From: a virus
Taxonomy: Duplodnaviria > Caudoviricetes
IMG/VR virus record: IMGVR_UViG_3300031414_000007
Coordinates: 146,532 to 210,531 of that record
Strand: one strand, 5' to 3'
Length of the DNA stretch: 64,000 nucleotides
The position numbers and the translations under genes were made by a program. The number at the start of each line of letters is the position of its first letter. The stretch's first letter is position 1. Below are positions 1-8,237 of the stretch, in pieces. The notes under the pieces are model-generated. The model was not told where the DNA came from, searched no databases, and worked only from the letters and a program-made list of their open reading frames with translations.

Positions 1-782
1 ATTTTCAGAGAGGCCAGTACGCGGCTATAACAGCTTGCGTTACCAGCGTGACATTCATCGACGAACAGCGTACCGTAGTTCTCGTTCAGCAACTTGAGTC
101 GCTTCTTCGAGTTCTTACTGTCAGAGATCAGAGACTGATAGGTCACGAGGATGATCTGGAAGTTCTTATAGTCGTCCAGAGTCTTCGGGAATCCATACAG
201 CTTCTTACCGTGCTTCTCTTCCAGCTCAGGCAAGTTCGTCATCGCTTCGATAGTTTCTAAGAAACCATCAAGGAAGTCCTTCTGGTCAGCCATAATGACT
301 GTACGGAATCCAGAGTGACATGCACCAGCAGTACCGATAACTGTCTTACCAGAACGAGGCGGTGCTTTGAATACACCACACAGTTCGCCGAACATCTTCT
401 CGAACGGCTCTTCCTGATATTCACGCAGCTTGCCTGTGAACTTCACTTTGTAGTCGTAAGGCACACGCGACGTACCGTTAACGAACTTCACTTCTTTCAG
501 GCTTAACCCTGCTGTCTTTTCGAAACGGTGCATCTCACCATAAGGAATCGACACATAACGCTTACCCTTAATGTCAGAGTATTTCGCCAGCACGGTTATA
601 TCAAGCAGACCGCCCTTTGAACACTGGCGGCATTCATCGGACGGTCGTATAGAACGAAACTCACAGTTCTTGCACACGGCATTTTCGAACTCATAGTGAG
701 TCATCTTCTTGATGATGTTGTCTGCGTCCACAACCTTAACTGGAATGTGCAGACGGCTATCGACCAATACTTTGGCAGTCAC
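1..782 (-). CDS. uvsW: Superfamily 2 (UvsW-like) DNA helicase, 5' part; runs off the left edge of the window
   Basis: Not in the ORF track; translated by hand from GTG at 782 (TAKVLVDSRLHIP...). Open to base 1. Q-motif LREYQ, Walker A APPRSGKT, Walker B DECH, N-terminal CxxC...CxxC. Confidence 0.8.
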   Translation of the reverse strand, partial: MTAKVLVDSRLHIPVKVVDADNIIKKMTHYEFENAVCKNCEFRSIRPSDECRQCSKGGLLDITVLAKYSDIKGKRYVSIPYGEMHRFEKTAGLSLKEVKFVNGTSRVPYDYKVKFTGKLREYQEEPFEKMFGELCGVFKAPPRSGKTVIGTAGACHSGFRTVIMADQKDFLDGFLETIEAMTNLPELEEKHGKKLYGFPKTLDDYKNFQIILVTYQSLISDSKNSKKRLKLLNENYGTLFVDECHAGNASCYSRVLASLK

Positions 783-784
783 AT

Positions 785-1330
785 CTATTTCCTTGAGTTC
801 GGCAGACCGTACTCACGCTGATTGATGATGTTCATCGTATCGACAAGTGCTCTGTATGCGAAGCCGCACTTATCAATGTCCTTGATATACAGGTCAAGCT
901 CTTCCTTGAGCAACTCAAGCTGATCAGCGTAGCGGTAGTATTCGGCCATAATGTTTCTGACACAACGCTCGCGTTCTTTCGCAGCGCCGACGGCTTTCAG
1001 ATCTTTTGCATACGTGACCGAGGCGTAATCCTGAAACCGTTCCAACATATCATTTAACAGTTTCGAGGCTGTATGGATATGCGTCATAATCTCAGTCATA
1101 CGGCTTCGGTACGATTGATCTTGAATTATCGACTCGGCTACTTTGTTCAGTGCCTGCGGGTCAGAGATGTTTAACGTTCTGACCTTACGCATCTTAAACA
1201 GTTTACGCGCTTCGTCTTGCAGCTCGGCCAAAGGTTGCTGAAAAATATCGTTGGTCTTATAAATATCTCTCAGCTTCTTATAGCGCTTGTCGTTCTTGAC
1301 CTTTATTCGAATGCGCTTTAGGTCGTCCAT
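785..1330 (-). CDS. Helical protein, possible UvsY-like recombination mediator
   Basis: 181 aa, predicted all-helical, directly upstream of the UvsW-like helicase as in T4 gene order. Function is inferred from context only. Confidence 0.35.
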   Translation of the reverse strand: MDDLKRIRIKVKNDKRYKKLRDIYKTNDIFQQPLAELQDEARKLFKMRKVRTLNISDPQALNKVAESIIQDQSYRSRMTEIMTHIHTASKLLNDMLERFQDYASVTYAKDLKAVGAAKERERCVRNIMAEYYRYADQLELLKEELDLYIKDIDKCGFAYRALVDTMNIINQREYGLPNSRK

Positions 1331-1776
1331 TAATCACCTTTGTCAGTTACGAGAATAGGACTCTCAGGAGTCTTGTGTGGCATAGCAAAGAAACTACCAT
1401 GCTCGTCTCGATAAATTAGCAGACCCCCAGAAGGACCTTCGATAGGACAGGTGAAGTTGTATAGTTTTTCGAGCGGAGGCATGTAGCCTACAGTCACTGC
1501 GTTAAACGTACACCACTTCGCGGAGACTTCAAGCAGTGAGCCAACAACAGTGTCGGCTAGGCGCAGATACGATTGCTTGAAGTGGTAGCTATGTTCTATA
1601 GGCGCAACGCTATCAATATCCAGCGAGTCACCATACACAGCTTTATAAATCAGACAGAAACGACGACGCCCGCGCGGGGCATTAGGTATTTCATACAGAA
1701 CATCATGTATGAGCGAACAAACGTCCCCAATGAGGACGTTTTTCTTAATAGCCAGTTTGGCCAGACGTGCCGTCAT
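1330..1776 (-). CDS. Hypothetical protein
   Basis: 148 aa, translationally coupled to both neighbours. Confidence 0.6.
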   Translation of the reverse strand: MTARLAKLAIKKNVLIGDVCSLIHDVLYEIPNAPRGRRRFCLIYKAVYGDSLDIDSVAPIEHSYHFKQSYLRLADTVVGSLLEVSAKWCTFNAVTVGYMPPLEKLYNFTCPIEGPSGGLLIYRDEHGSFFAMPHKTPESPILVTDKGD

Positions 1777-2951
1777 GCTGGCAGATACCCAAAGTACAAC
1801 AGCGTGTGCGTGTCGAACTTATAGTTCAGGCTGAATGCGTTCAGGCTATTGATGTTCGCACCATGGAAGCCCATGTTGTGTCGTTCTTCACGCCCGATGT
1901 TACGCAGCAACTCACGGATGATACGCATGTCAAGCGAGGTACTAAACTCTTTCTCAACAGGCTTCGCCAGCTTCAAGCTGTCCTGCACACTACCGCTATC
2001 GTTACCAAACTTGAGTTTGAACTCTTGCTTCTTAACTAGGAGCTTCGCGTTCGTGTTACCTTTCTTCTCAATCAACGTCGAGATGTTGGCGAACGGTGCA
2101 GACAGGTCACCCTTAATCACACAACCAATCAGCGGCTTGCCGAGCTGTGCAATCATGTTGTCCATGTAACGATAGTCTTCATCGCTTGCCTGAATCGGAG
2201 GCAGTGTCAGAACAAACGACTCCGCTTCGGCTGCGAATGAACTGCTGTCTACGTGGAACGTTACCTTCTCTTCTCCGCAGAAGCGATAAATCAAATCGAA
2301 CATTTCGCCAGTCAGACTGAAACGGAACGGCTTCACTTTCTTTTTCAGTGCAGCGCGATAGCGAGATGAAGTCCAGTGACCAGGACTGACGAGGCTCAGG
2401 CTCTCACCGTCACAGATAACACGACACATCACGGTCTGGCCTGTGATTGTATCTTTCAACCGAGTCAGCTTAACGCCCTGAGTCATCGCGTCGATAACTT
2501 CACGCGTCATCTCATGGCCACCTTCGATATGGTGATGCAGACCCTGTTCGACCATTGGAATCTGCTCGGCCGATACCGGACGCAGTTTCACTTCTGCTTT
2601 GTACTTGCCTTTCTGTTCGCTGATGTTCAACGTCTTACCGTCGAACTCAACGTTCAGCTCTTTACGCTTGCTGATCAGACCGGTCAACTGAATCGGGTCG
2701 ATGTTCATTACCGTGTCAGCGTCGGCGGTCGCGCCGGGAACGAGATAAGCGACGAAGGTATCGGGAGTACGACCCAGAACGAACACGTCGGACTTATACG
2801 TCACCAGCAGGTGGATGTGAGTCAGCTTGTCGTCCGACTCAGAGAAACGCGTTACGCTATCAACACGTTTAAGAATATCTGACAGGAACGTACCGTTCAG
2901 CGTTAGGCTGCATTTCTTAGCGGGGTTCTTCGGCAATCGACAAGTCTTCAT
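1773..2951 (-). CDS. dnaN: DNA polymerase sliding clamp (beta-clamp/DnaN-like)
   Basis: 392 aa with three repeated alpha/beta units of clamp size. It lies downstream of the DNA polymerase and a DnaX-like loader is present in the window. Confidence 0.6.
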   Translation of the reverse strand: MKTCRLPKNPAKKCSLTLNGTFLSDILKRVDSVTRFSESDDKLTHIHLLVTYKSDVFVLGRTPDTFVAYLVPGATADADTVMNIDPIQLTGLISKRKELNVEFDGKTLNISEQKGKYKAEVKLRPVSAEQIPMVEQGLHHHIEGGHEMTREVIDAMTQGVKLTRLKDTITGQTVMCRVICDGESLSLVSPGHWTSSRYRAALKKKVKPFRFSLTGEMFDLIYRFCGEEKVTFHVDSSSFAAEAESFVLTLPPIQASDEDYRYMDNMIAQLGKPLIGCVIKGDLSAPFANISTLIEKKGNTNAKLLVKKQEFKLKFGNDSGSVQDSLKLAKPVEKEFSTSLDMRIIRELLRNIGREERHNMGFHGANINSLNAFSLNYKFDTHTLLYFGYLPA

Positions 2952-3210
2952 CTCTATCCTCTAAAACAAATTGTAGTGTGCCCTGTATATTTACAGCATT
3001 GAGGCGTTTGCCGGATGCTGCAATCAGGCCATTCAGAACGCCAACGAAGTCAGCGCTGTAACAGTCAGGTGCTATCTGGTGAACATAAATATCATCAGGC
3101 ACGTCACCCGGGTTAAGCTGCCAAGCAGTACGCAAGGCAGCACCCATGAATGCCGGACGTTCTACCAGATGCTTGTTCAGGAATGAACATACATCTTCGG
3201 CCGTCATCAT
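2917..3210 (-). CDS. Hypothetical protein
   Basis: 97 aa, coupled to the polymerase stop (ATGA overlap). Confidence 0.55.
   Translation of the reverse strand: MMTAEDVCSFLNKHLVERPAFMGAALRTAWQLNPGDVPDDIYVHQIAPDCYSADFVGVLNGLIAASGKRLNAVNIQGTLQFVLEDRDEDLSIAEEPR
2988..2996 (-). promoter_or_regulatory. CTGTAAATA box upstream of the clamp gene
   Basis: Exact motif about 37 nt before the start. Confidence 0.6.
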
Positions 3211-6200
3211 TTTTTCGCAATCCCCTTAAGAGCAGATTTGAGCATAGACTTACTGAGTTTGATTTTCTTCTTAGGCGCGGCTCCCTCTGTAGATGCAGCG
3301 GCTTTCTTCGCAGCTTCTTCCGCTTTGTACTTCTCGAACGTTTTAATGTTCTTCGGAAGTTCTGCCAGCCACTCCTTGATGTTCTTCTTGTCCTTGTTGG
3401 TGAGAGGATTAACTTTGTCCATGCTACGAATTTTAATATCGTTAGCCCAAAGCTGTTTCTTCATCCAATCGGACATGAGATGATACTGGTCTTCCATAAT
3501 GCTGTCCAGTGTCTTCTCAACATCGAGGTCTTTCTCACCCAGCTCGTCACGCTTAATCTCAAGTCCGTCTTTAATGAGCTTCCTGAGTTGAACGTAAGAG
3601 AAGTTCCAACCCTGCACGTCTTTCTCTGACGCACCGATTTCAAAGTCAATCTCAGGTACGGACGTGAACTCAAACCCTTCGTGACGCTTCTGCACAACTT
3701 CGACCACTGCGCTGGTCATCGCACGTTCGATCATATCGAGCGCAAGGAAGATCCATTTGTAATCGCAGTCAACGGTCAAGGAGTCGTGTACAGATACGTT
3801 CATGTCAAAGTCAGGGTACTCGCCGTTCGCTTTCCAATACTCATACTTCATACGGTCCAGAATACGAATCGCGGACATCATCAGGTCAGAACCGAAGCCC
3901 TGAACTGGACTGTTTACCGCACGGCGGTCACACGCTGCATGAACCATATTGGCTTCACGATGCGACTCAGGTAACATCAGGCCCCATAGATGGCGACGAC
4001 GACCAACCGGCGACTCAACAAAGAAGTTCTCATGTGCAAACTTCTTAATCTTATCGAACCATTTTAAGCCTACCGGGAATCGTGTTAAGAACTTGCCTTT
4101 GATTTCTGCAATCTCAGACACTTCACGCCCTGTTGACTTCGCAAGACCTTTATCACCCTGCTGATAGATCAGGCCGAAGATTACGGTCTTAACCGCGTTA
4201 CGTACGGACTTGGTTACGTCCATTACGTTTGGAATACCGAAGAAGTAAGCGGCGTTGATTTTGTGAACGTCACCCTCAGCTTCGACGCGGTGCTCAATCC
4301 ATGGGTCCGGTACTGTACGGAAACGATGACGCAGCTTACGGCCTTGCTCAAATACGTCTGCAACGCCCTGGTCACCTGAGATGATTGACCAACCACGAAC
4401 TTCGTGCGCCGAGTAGTCGACCTTGATAAGCAGGCGATTCTTACGCGCAATCAGAATACGTTTGATCAACTTACCCATCTCACTACGAGACGGTACCTGT
4501 TGCAAGTTCGGGTCAGACGCTGAGGTACGACCCGTTACAACTCCAAGATAACCATACGTCGGTCTGATTGAACGGTCATGTTTGAAGTCTTCTGATTCAC
4601 CCCAGAGCTTGAGCAGGCTGTTAACGTAGGCGTTCTTGAGCTTGTACGCTTTACCGAGTTTGGTGTAGAGGGACACAAGCGGTATATCAGCATACGCTGC
4701 CTGGAAGTCCTTGTCGAGCTTACCCGCCTTCTTGCCGTTCTCACGTAACTGTTCCCCTTCTTTCAGAGGCTTGAGCTTCATCACATCGAAGAACAGAATC
4801 TGTTTGTGTTCCGACTTCGACATATCGAACTTGGTCACTTCGACTTTGCCCATAAGACCCATCTTAGGAACATTGTCGTCTTTGCAAATAACCTTGTTCG
4901 CAGCCTTAACCTCAGGGCTGTTCATGAACTCACGCTCTACGTTTCGAATTTCTTCGTTGATAGGGCTGTTCGGTAGGTTGAGCTTAAACAGGTAATCAAT
5001 GTCTGCGCCTGCACCTGTCGTTTCAAGAATCGAGAACGCATGAATCTGGTCGGAGATTTGCTCACTGACCATCGACTCATACTTCTTGTATTTAATATCG
5101 TTGGCTCGCTTTTGCTGTTGCTCTGCAATACGGAACGGAACGATAACGTCGAGACCCGCATACTCCTGCACCGATTCGTCGAGGTCAACGTCTGCGATTG
5201 TCGCTCGCATCTCTTTACCGAACGACACTTCGTGGTACACCTGACAACCAAACTGCATCGTCAGGTTAGCCAAGTTATAATAACCGCTACCGGTAACGTT
5301 CAACAACGACTTGGCGTTTTCATCGAACGCAAACTCACCCGCCTGAATATCCCAAACGTTTGCTGCATAACTACGAATGCCGAAGTTAGAGCGCATTACG
5401 TTCAGGTCGAACTTCGCGTTGGTGTAGATTTGATACTTGTTATCGTTGTCCTCGAAATAATCTTTGAACAACTCACTTACCCTACGCAGTTCTTTCGGAC
5501 TGAATGGACTGTCACGGTGATAGATAGGAACAACATACGCCTTCTGACCGTCAGATGATAACTGCACCGTCAAGATTTTATTCTTAATACGATTCAGGTT
5601 CTCTGTTTCGGTATCGACTGCAACCTTCTTGGCGCGCTTCATACGCTTCAAGATTTTCTCAAGTTGCTTGACCTTCGTTACATACACGAGGTCCCAGTTA
5701 CGCTTCTTACCACACGTAACTTCATCGATCTTATAGCGCATCCCCTTGTTAAGCCACGGCAACATCCAGCGAGCCATGTAGCCTAACGTATACGATGAAC
5801 CTTTGATGTGCATCGGGTTCAACACGGTGTGATAGCTGACGTTCGGCACATGGATAAAGCTGTGCTTCTTACCGTCGTACTTCACCTTCGTTGGAATCTC
5901 AACACCGTACCAGTGCTCGTAGTGATCTTTCGAGAACTGTATTTTCTCGCTGTTCAGTGCTTTGAACGGCGCTTTGCCGAAAGTCAGAACATAGTCTGGC
6001 TTGTACTCAACAATCAAATCACGAATACGATCCGCAAACGCTTGGTCTGCGTCTTCTTTGAACTGCTCGCCCTTGTCATACGTCTTGAACATGTTGTACG
6101 AGACAACAAGGAAGTTCCAGTCGTCAAGAGTTGTCTTGGTCGGAAACGTATCTTCAAGATACTGCATCTGATTCAGGAACAACTCACCTTCCGTACTACT

Positions 6201-6377
6201 GAATATTTTGCCGCTACGCAAATCTTCGGTAGGCATATGGTCTAGGACGAGAAGTGCTTTACCACCTTTGGCACTTTTACTTATGTGTTTTAGTATTCGA
6301 ACACCGTCATACGTCTGCTGGTCAGCAAACTGTTCAGGTGGATCGAAGTCAAGAGCTACGTGCTTGATTTTCACCAT
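3207..6377 (-). CDS. polA: Family A DNA polymerase: N-terminal UDG-like domain, 3'-5' exonuclease, polymerase
   Basis: ExoI VAVDTETE; TGRTSASDPNLQQVP; motif A KVDYSAHEVR; motif B RNAVKTVIFGLIY; motif C VHDS. The N-terminal ~200 aa follows a UDG-fold pattern (KPDYVLTFGKAPF, VPNVSYH). Confidence 0.93.
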   Translation of the reverse strand: MVKIKHVALDFDPPEQFADQQTYDGVRILKHISKSAKGGKALLVLDHMPTEDLRSGKIFSSTEGELFLNQMQYLEDTFPTKTTLDDWNFLVVSYNMFKTYDKGEQFKEDADQAFADRIRDLIVEYKPDYVLTFGKAPFKALNSEKIQFSKDHYEHWYGVEIPTKVKYDGKKHSFIHVPNVSYHTVLNPMHIKGSSYTLGYMARWMLPWLNKGMRYKIDEVTCGKKRNWDLVYVTKVKQLEKILKRMKRAKKVAVDTETENLNRIKNKILTVQLSSDGQKAYVVPIYHRDSPFSPKELRRVSELFKDYFEDNDNKYQIYTNAKFDLNVMRSNFGIRSYAANVWDIQAGEFAFDENAKSLLNVTGSGYYNLANLTMQFGCQVYHEVSFGKEMRATIADVDLDESVQEYAGLDVIVPFRIAEQQQKRANDIKYKKYESMVSEQISDQIHAFSILETTGAGADIDYLFKLNLPNSPINEEIRNVEREFMNSPEVKAANKVICKDDNVPKMGLMGKVEVTKFDMSKSEHKQILFFDVMKLKPLKEGEQLRENGKKAGKLDKDFQAAYADIPLVSLYTKLGKAYKLKNAYVNSLLKLWGESEDFKHDRSIRPTYGYLGVVTGRTSASDPNLQQVPSRSEMGKLIKRILIARKNRLLIKVDYSAHEVRGWSIISGDQGVADVFEQGRKLRHRFRTVPDPWIEHRVEAEGDVHKINAAYFFGIPNVMDVTKSVRNAVKTVIFGLIYQQGDKGLAKSTGREVSEIAEIKGKFLTRFPVGLKWFDKIKKFAHENFFVESPVGRRRHLWGLMLPESHREANMVHAACDRRAVNSPVQGFGSDLMMSAIRILDRMKYEYWKANGEYPDFDMNVSVHDSLTVDCDYKWIFLALDMIERAMTSAVVEVVQKRHEGFEFTSVPEIDFEIGASEKDVQGWNFSYVQLRKLIKDGLEIKRDELGEKDLDVEKTLDSIMEDQYHLMSDWMKKQLWANDIKIRSMDKVNPLTNKDKKNIKEWLAELPKNIKTFEKYKAEEAAKKAAASTEGAAPKKKIKLSKSMLKSALKGIAKK

Positions 6378-6416
6378 CTAGTCCTATCAGAGTGTGTAAC
6401 GCAAATCGATGGCTGT

Positions 6417-6425
6417 TATTTACAG
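6417..6425 (-). promoter_or_regulatory. CTGTAAATA box upstream of DNA polymerase
   Basis: Exact motif about 40 nt before the start, just after a terminator. Confidence 0.7.
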
Positions 6426-6436
6426 ATTTAGAAATG

Positions 6437-6463
6437 AAAAAGGGCACCCGAAGGCACCCTTTT
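6437..6463 (-). terminator. Intrinsic terminator, cUUCGg loop
   Basis: GGGTGCC-TTCG-GGTGCCC followed by a T-run on the minus strand. Confidence 0.8.
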
Positions 6464-6472
6464 GGTTAAATA

Positions 6473-7615
6473 TTACAGCGTAGATACGGTCGCACGAAAC
6501 ACCTGATACGCGCTCTGATAATCAGAGAATGTACCCAGCTGCTCAAATGCAGACTTAGGCAGATCGCTCGGTGCGCCCGCGGACGAATCATACTTGGCAA
6601 CAGTGAACGTACCACGACCACGAGCCTGTTTGATAGAGCCAGTCATTGTCGCAGTCGGTCCGAACACAACACCCGTCTTGCTACCGGCACCCATCACAAG
6701 GATGCAATCTTCATCACCACCCATGTTAGCAACGGTAGCAGTCACGCTACGTTTCGGCGCAGGCAGTTGCATGGCTTTGAACATAGCTCTTACGTTCTCA
6801 CCATCACCACCCTTCATCAGCGCAGCATACAGGAAGTCATAGCCGTTAGCGCTCGATGCGTTGCTGGTGCTAGGCATTCGAAGTTCAGCGGCAGTGCGCT
6901 CGCCTTTCTTAGCGGCCGCAGCAATCTCAGCGTCAGTTGCATCTTTGGTGGCCAGCAGTTTGATGACGTTTTTGATTGAACGCAGTTCGCCCAGATGAAT
7001 CTGAACCTTCTTGACCTTTTTAAGATGGTCACCGACGAAGGTCATCAACCAGCCTTTCTGCTGCATGACAACAGCCACTTCCAGTTTCTTATACTGGAAA
7101 GAGAACTGCTTGCCGGAAGCATATAAGAACTTACCAGCACCCGCAACAGGCTCAACAGCGCGGATGAAGTCAGGCGCATAGTCACGCGCATCGCTTCTGA
7201 TCAGACTGGAGTACGCAGGAGAGAACGTGCCTACGGTAGTTACCGGAGCCTGCGGCTTCCCAGCACGAGGCTTAGCGACGACTTTGTTCGGGTCAGTTGC
7301 TTTGATCTTGATTGCACGAAGACCGTTAATGGTAGCCACCAGCGTCTTGGCTTTATACAGGTTCTTCATCGCAGTGACAAGATTCTTGCCAGCAGCTTTC
7401 TTCGCAAGAGCGGTAGTTGCTTCTGCGTCGTTCAGCAGGTCAAGGACAGCGGACAGCTTCGCAGTGTCCAGCTCTTTGATTTTAACCAGCTCGTCAATCT
7501 TCTTAACGATAAGTTTTGCGTTCTTACCGAAAAGGATTTCAGCGTTGGCGATCTGCGTTTTGTTCGCAGCAGAGACCGACACAACAGTGCCGGACGGGAG
7601 AGTGATTTCGTGCAT
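6473..7615 (-). CDS. Probable virion protein, Ala/Lys-rich
   Basis: 380 aa; N-terminal VVSVSAA motif similar to the tag on other putative virion proteins. Confidence 0.5.
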   Translation of the reverse strand: MHEITLPSGTVVSVSAANKTQIANAEILFGKNAKLIVKKIDELVKIKELDTAKLSAVLDLLNDAEATTALAKKAAGKNLVTAMKNLYKAKTLVATINGLRAIKIKATDPNKVVAKPRAGKPQAPVTTVGTFSPAYSSLIRSDARDYAPDFIRAVEPVAGAGKFLYASGKQFSFQYKKLEVAVVMQQKGWLMTFVGDHLKKVKKVQIHLGELRSIKNVIKLLATKDATDAEIAAAAKKGERTAAELRMPSTSNASSANGYDFLYAALMKGGDGENVRAMFKAMQLPAPKRSVTATVANMGGDEDCILVMGAGSKTGVVFGPTATMTGSIKQARGRGTFTVAKYDSSAGAPSDLPKSAFEQLGTFSDYQSAYQVFRATVSTL

Positions 7616-7624
7616 TGCTGTTCC

Positions 7625-8191
7625 TTAACGTTTCTTGTTGGTCCAGTTGTTCTGCTTAACAGGCGCAGGTGAGGTGTTCTCTTCCGTGATTTCGTCGTCG
7701 GCGTCTTCTTCCTCTTCCTCGACGTCATCTACTTCCTGCTCCGGCTCAGGTTGCGGTTCAGCCTGTTTAACAGGAGTAGTCTCCATCACAGACGCAGCGA
7801 GAGGTGCCTGAGACACAGTATTTACAGTAGCAACCGGCTCTGCCTCTACGGCCTGACGCGCTTTAGCTACTTCACCAACAGCGTGTTCGTGAATAACGTC
7901 AGTGGTAAGCAACGCACCCTTATCCTTCAGGATTGCATCTGCTTTCTCTTGATCCCATTGATCCCACAGGATATCAAGAGTCTTGTAGCCATAGTTCATG
8001 CCCTTCGGCAGCTTACCGCGACCATTGAACGGCAGCCCATTAGAAGGAGTAGCTGGCTCGAACTCGTCCATCATCTCCCACTTACGTTTAGCTTCGATAC
8101 ACTTCGGGCCCCAGACGCCATCGCAGGCACCGTCGTACAGACCAAGCATGGTCATGATGACCTGTAGCTTCTGATAGAATTTGTTCAGCAT
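7625..8191 (-). CDS. Peptidoglycan-binding (PG_binding_1-like) protein with acidic low-complexity tail
   Basis: LQVIMTMLGLYDGACDGVWGPKCIEA matches the LQ..L..LG......DG.FG..T..A signature. Confidence 0.6.
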   Translation of the reverse strand: MLNKFYQKLQVIMTMLGLYDGACDGVWGPKCIEAKRKWEMMDEFEPATPSNGLPFNGRGKLPKGMNYGYKTLDILWDQWDQEKADAILKDKGALLTTDVIHEHAVGEVAKARQAVEAEPVATVNTVSQAPLAASVMETTPVKQAEPQPEPEQEVDDVEEEEEDADDEITEENTSPAPVKQNNWTNKKR

Positions 8192-8207
8192 AACGTGTTG
8201 TCCTATT

Positions 8208-8232
8208 AAAGAAGGAGGGGCCGAAGCCCCTT
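8208..8232 (-). terminator. Intrinsic terminator after SNF2 gene
   Basis: AGGGGC-TTCG-GCCCCT. Confidence 0.65.
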
Positions 8233-8237
8233 ACCTT

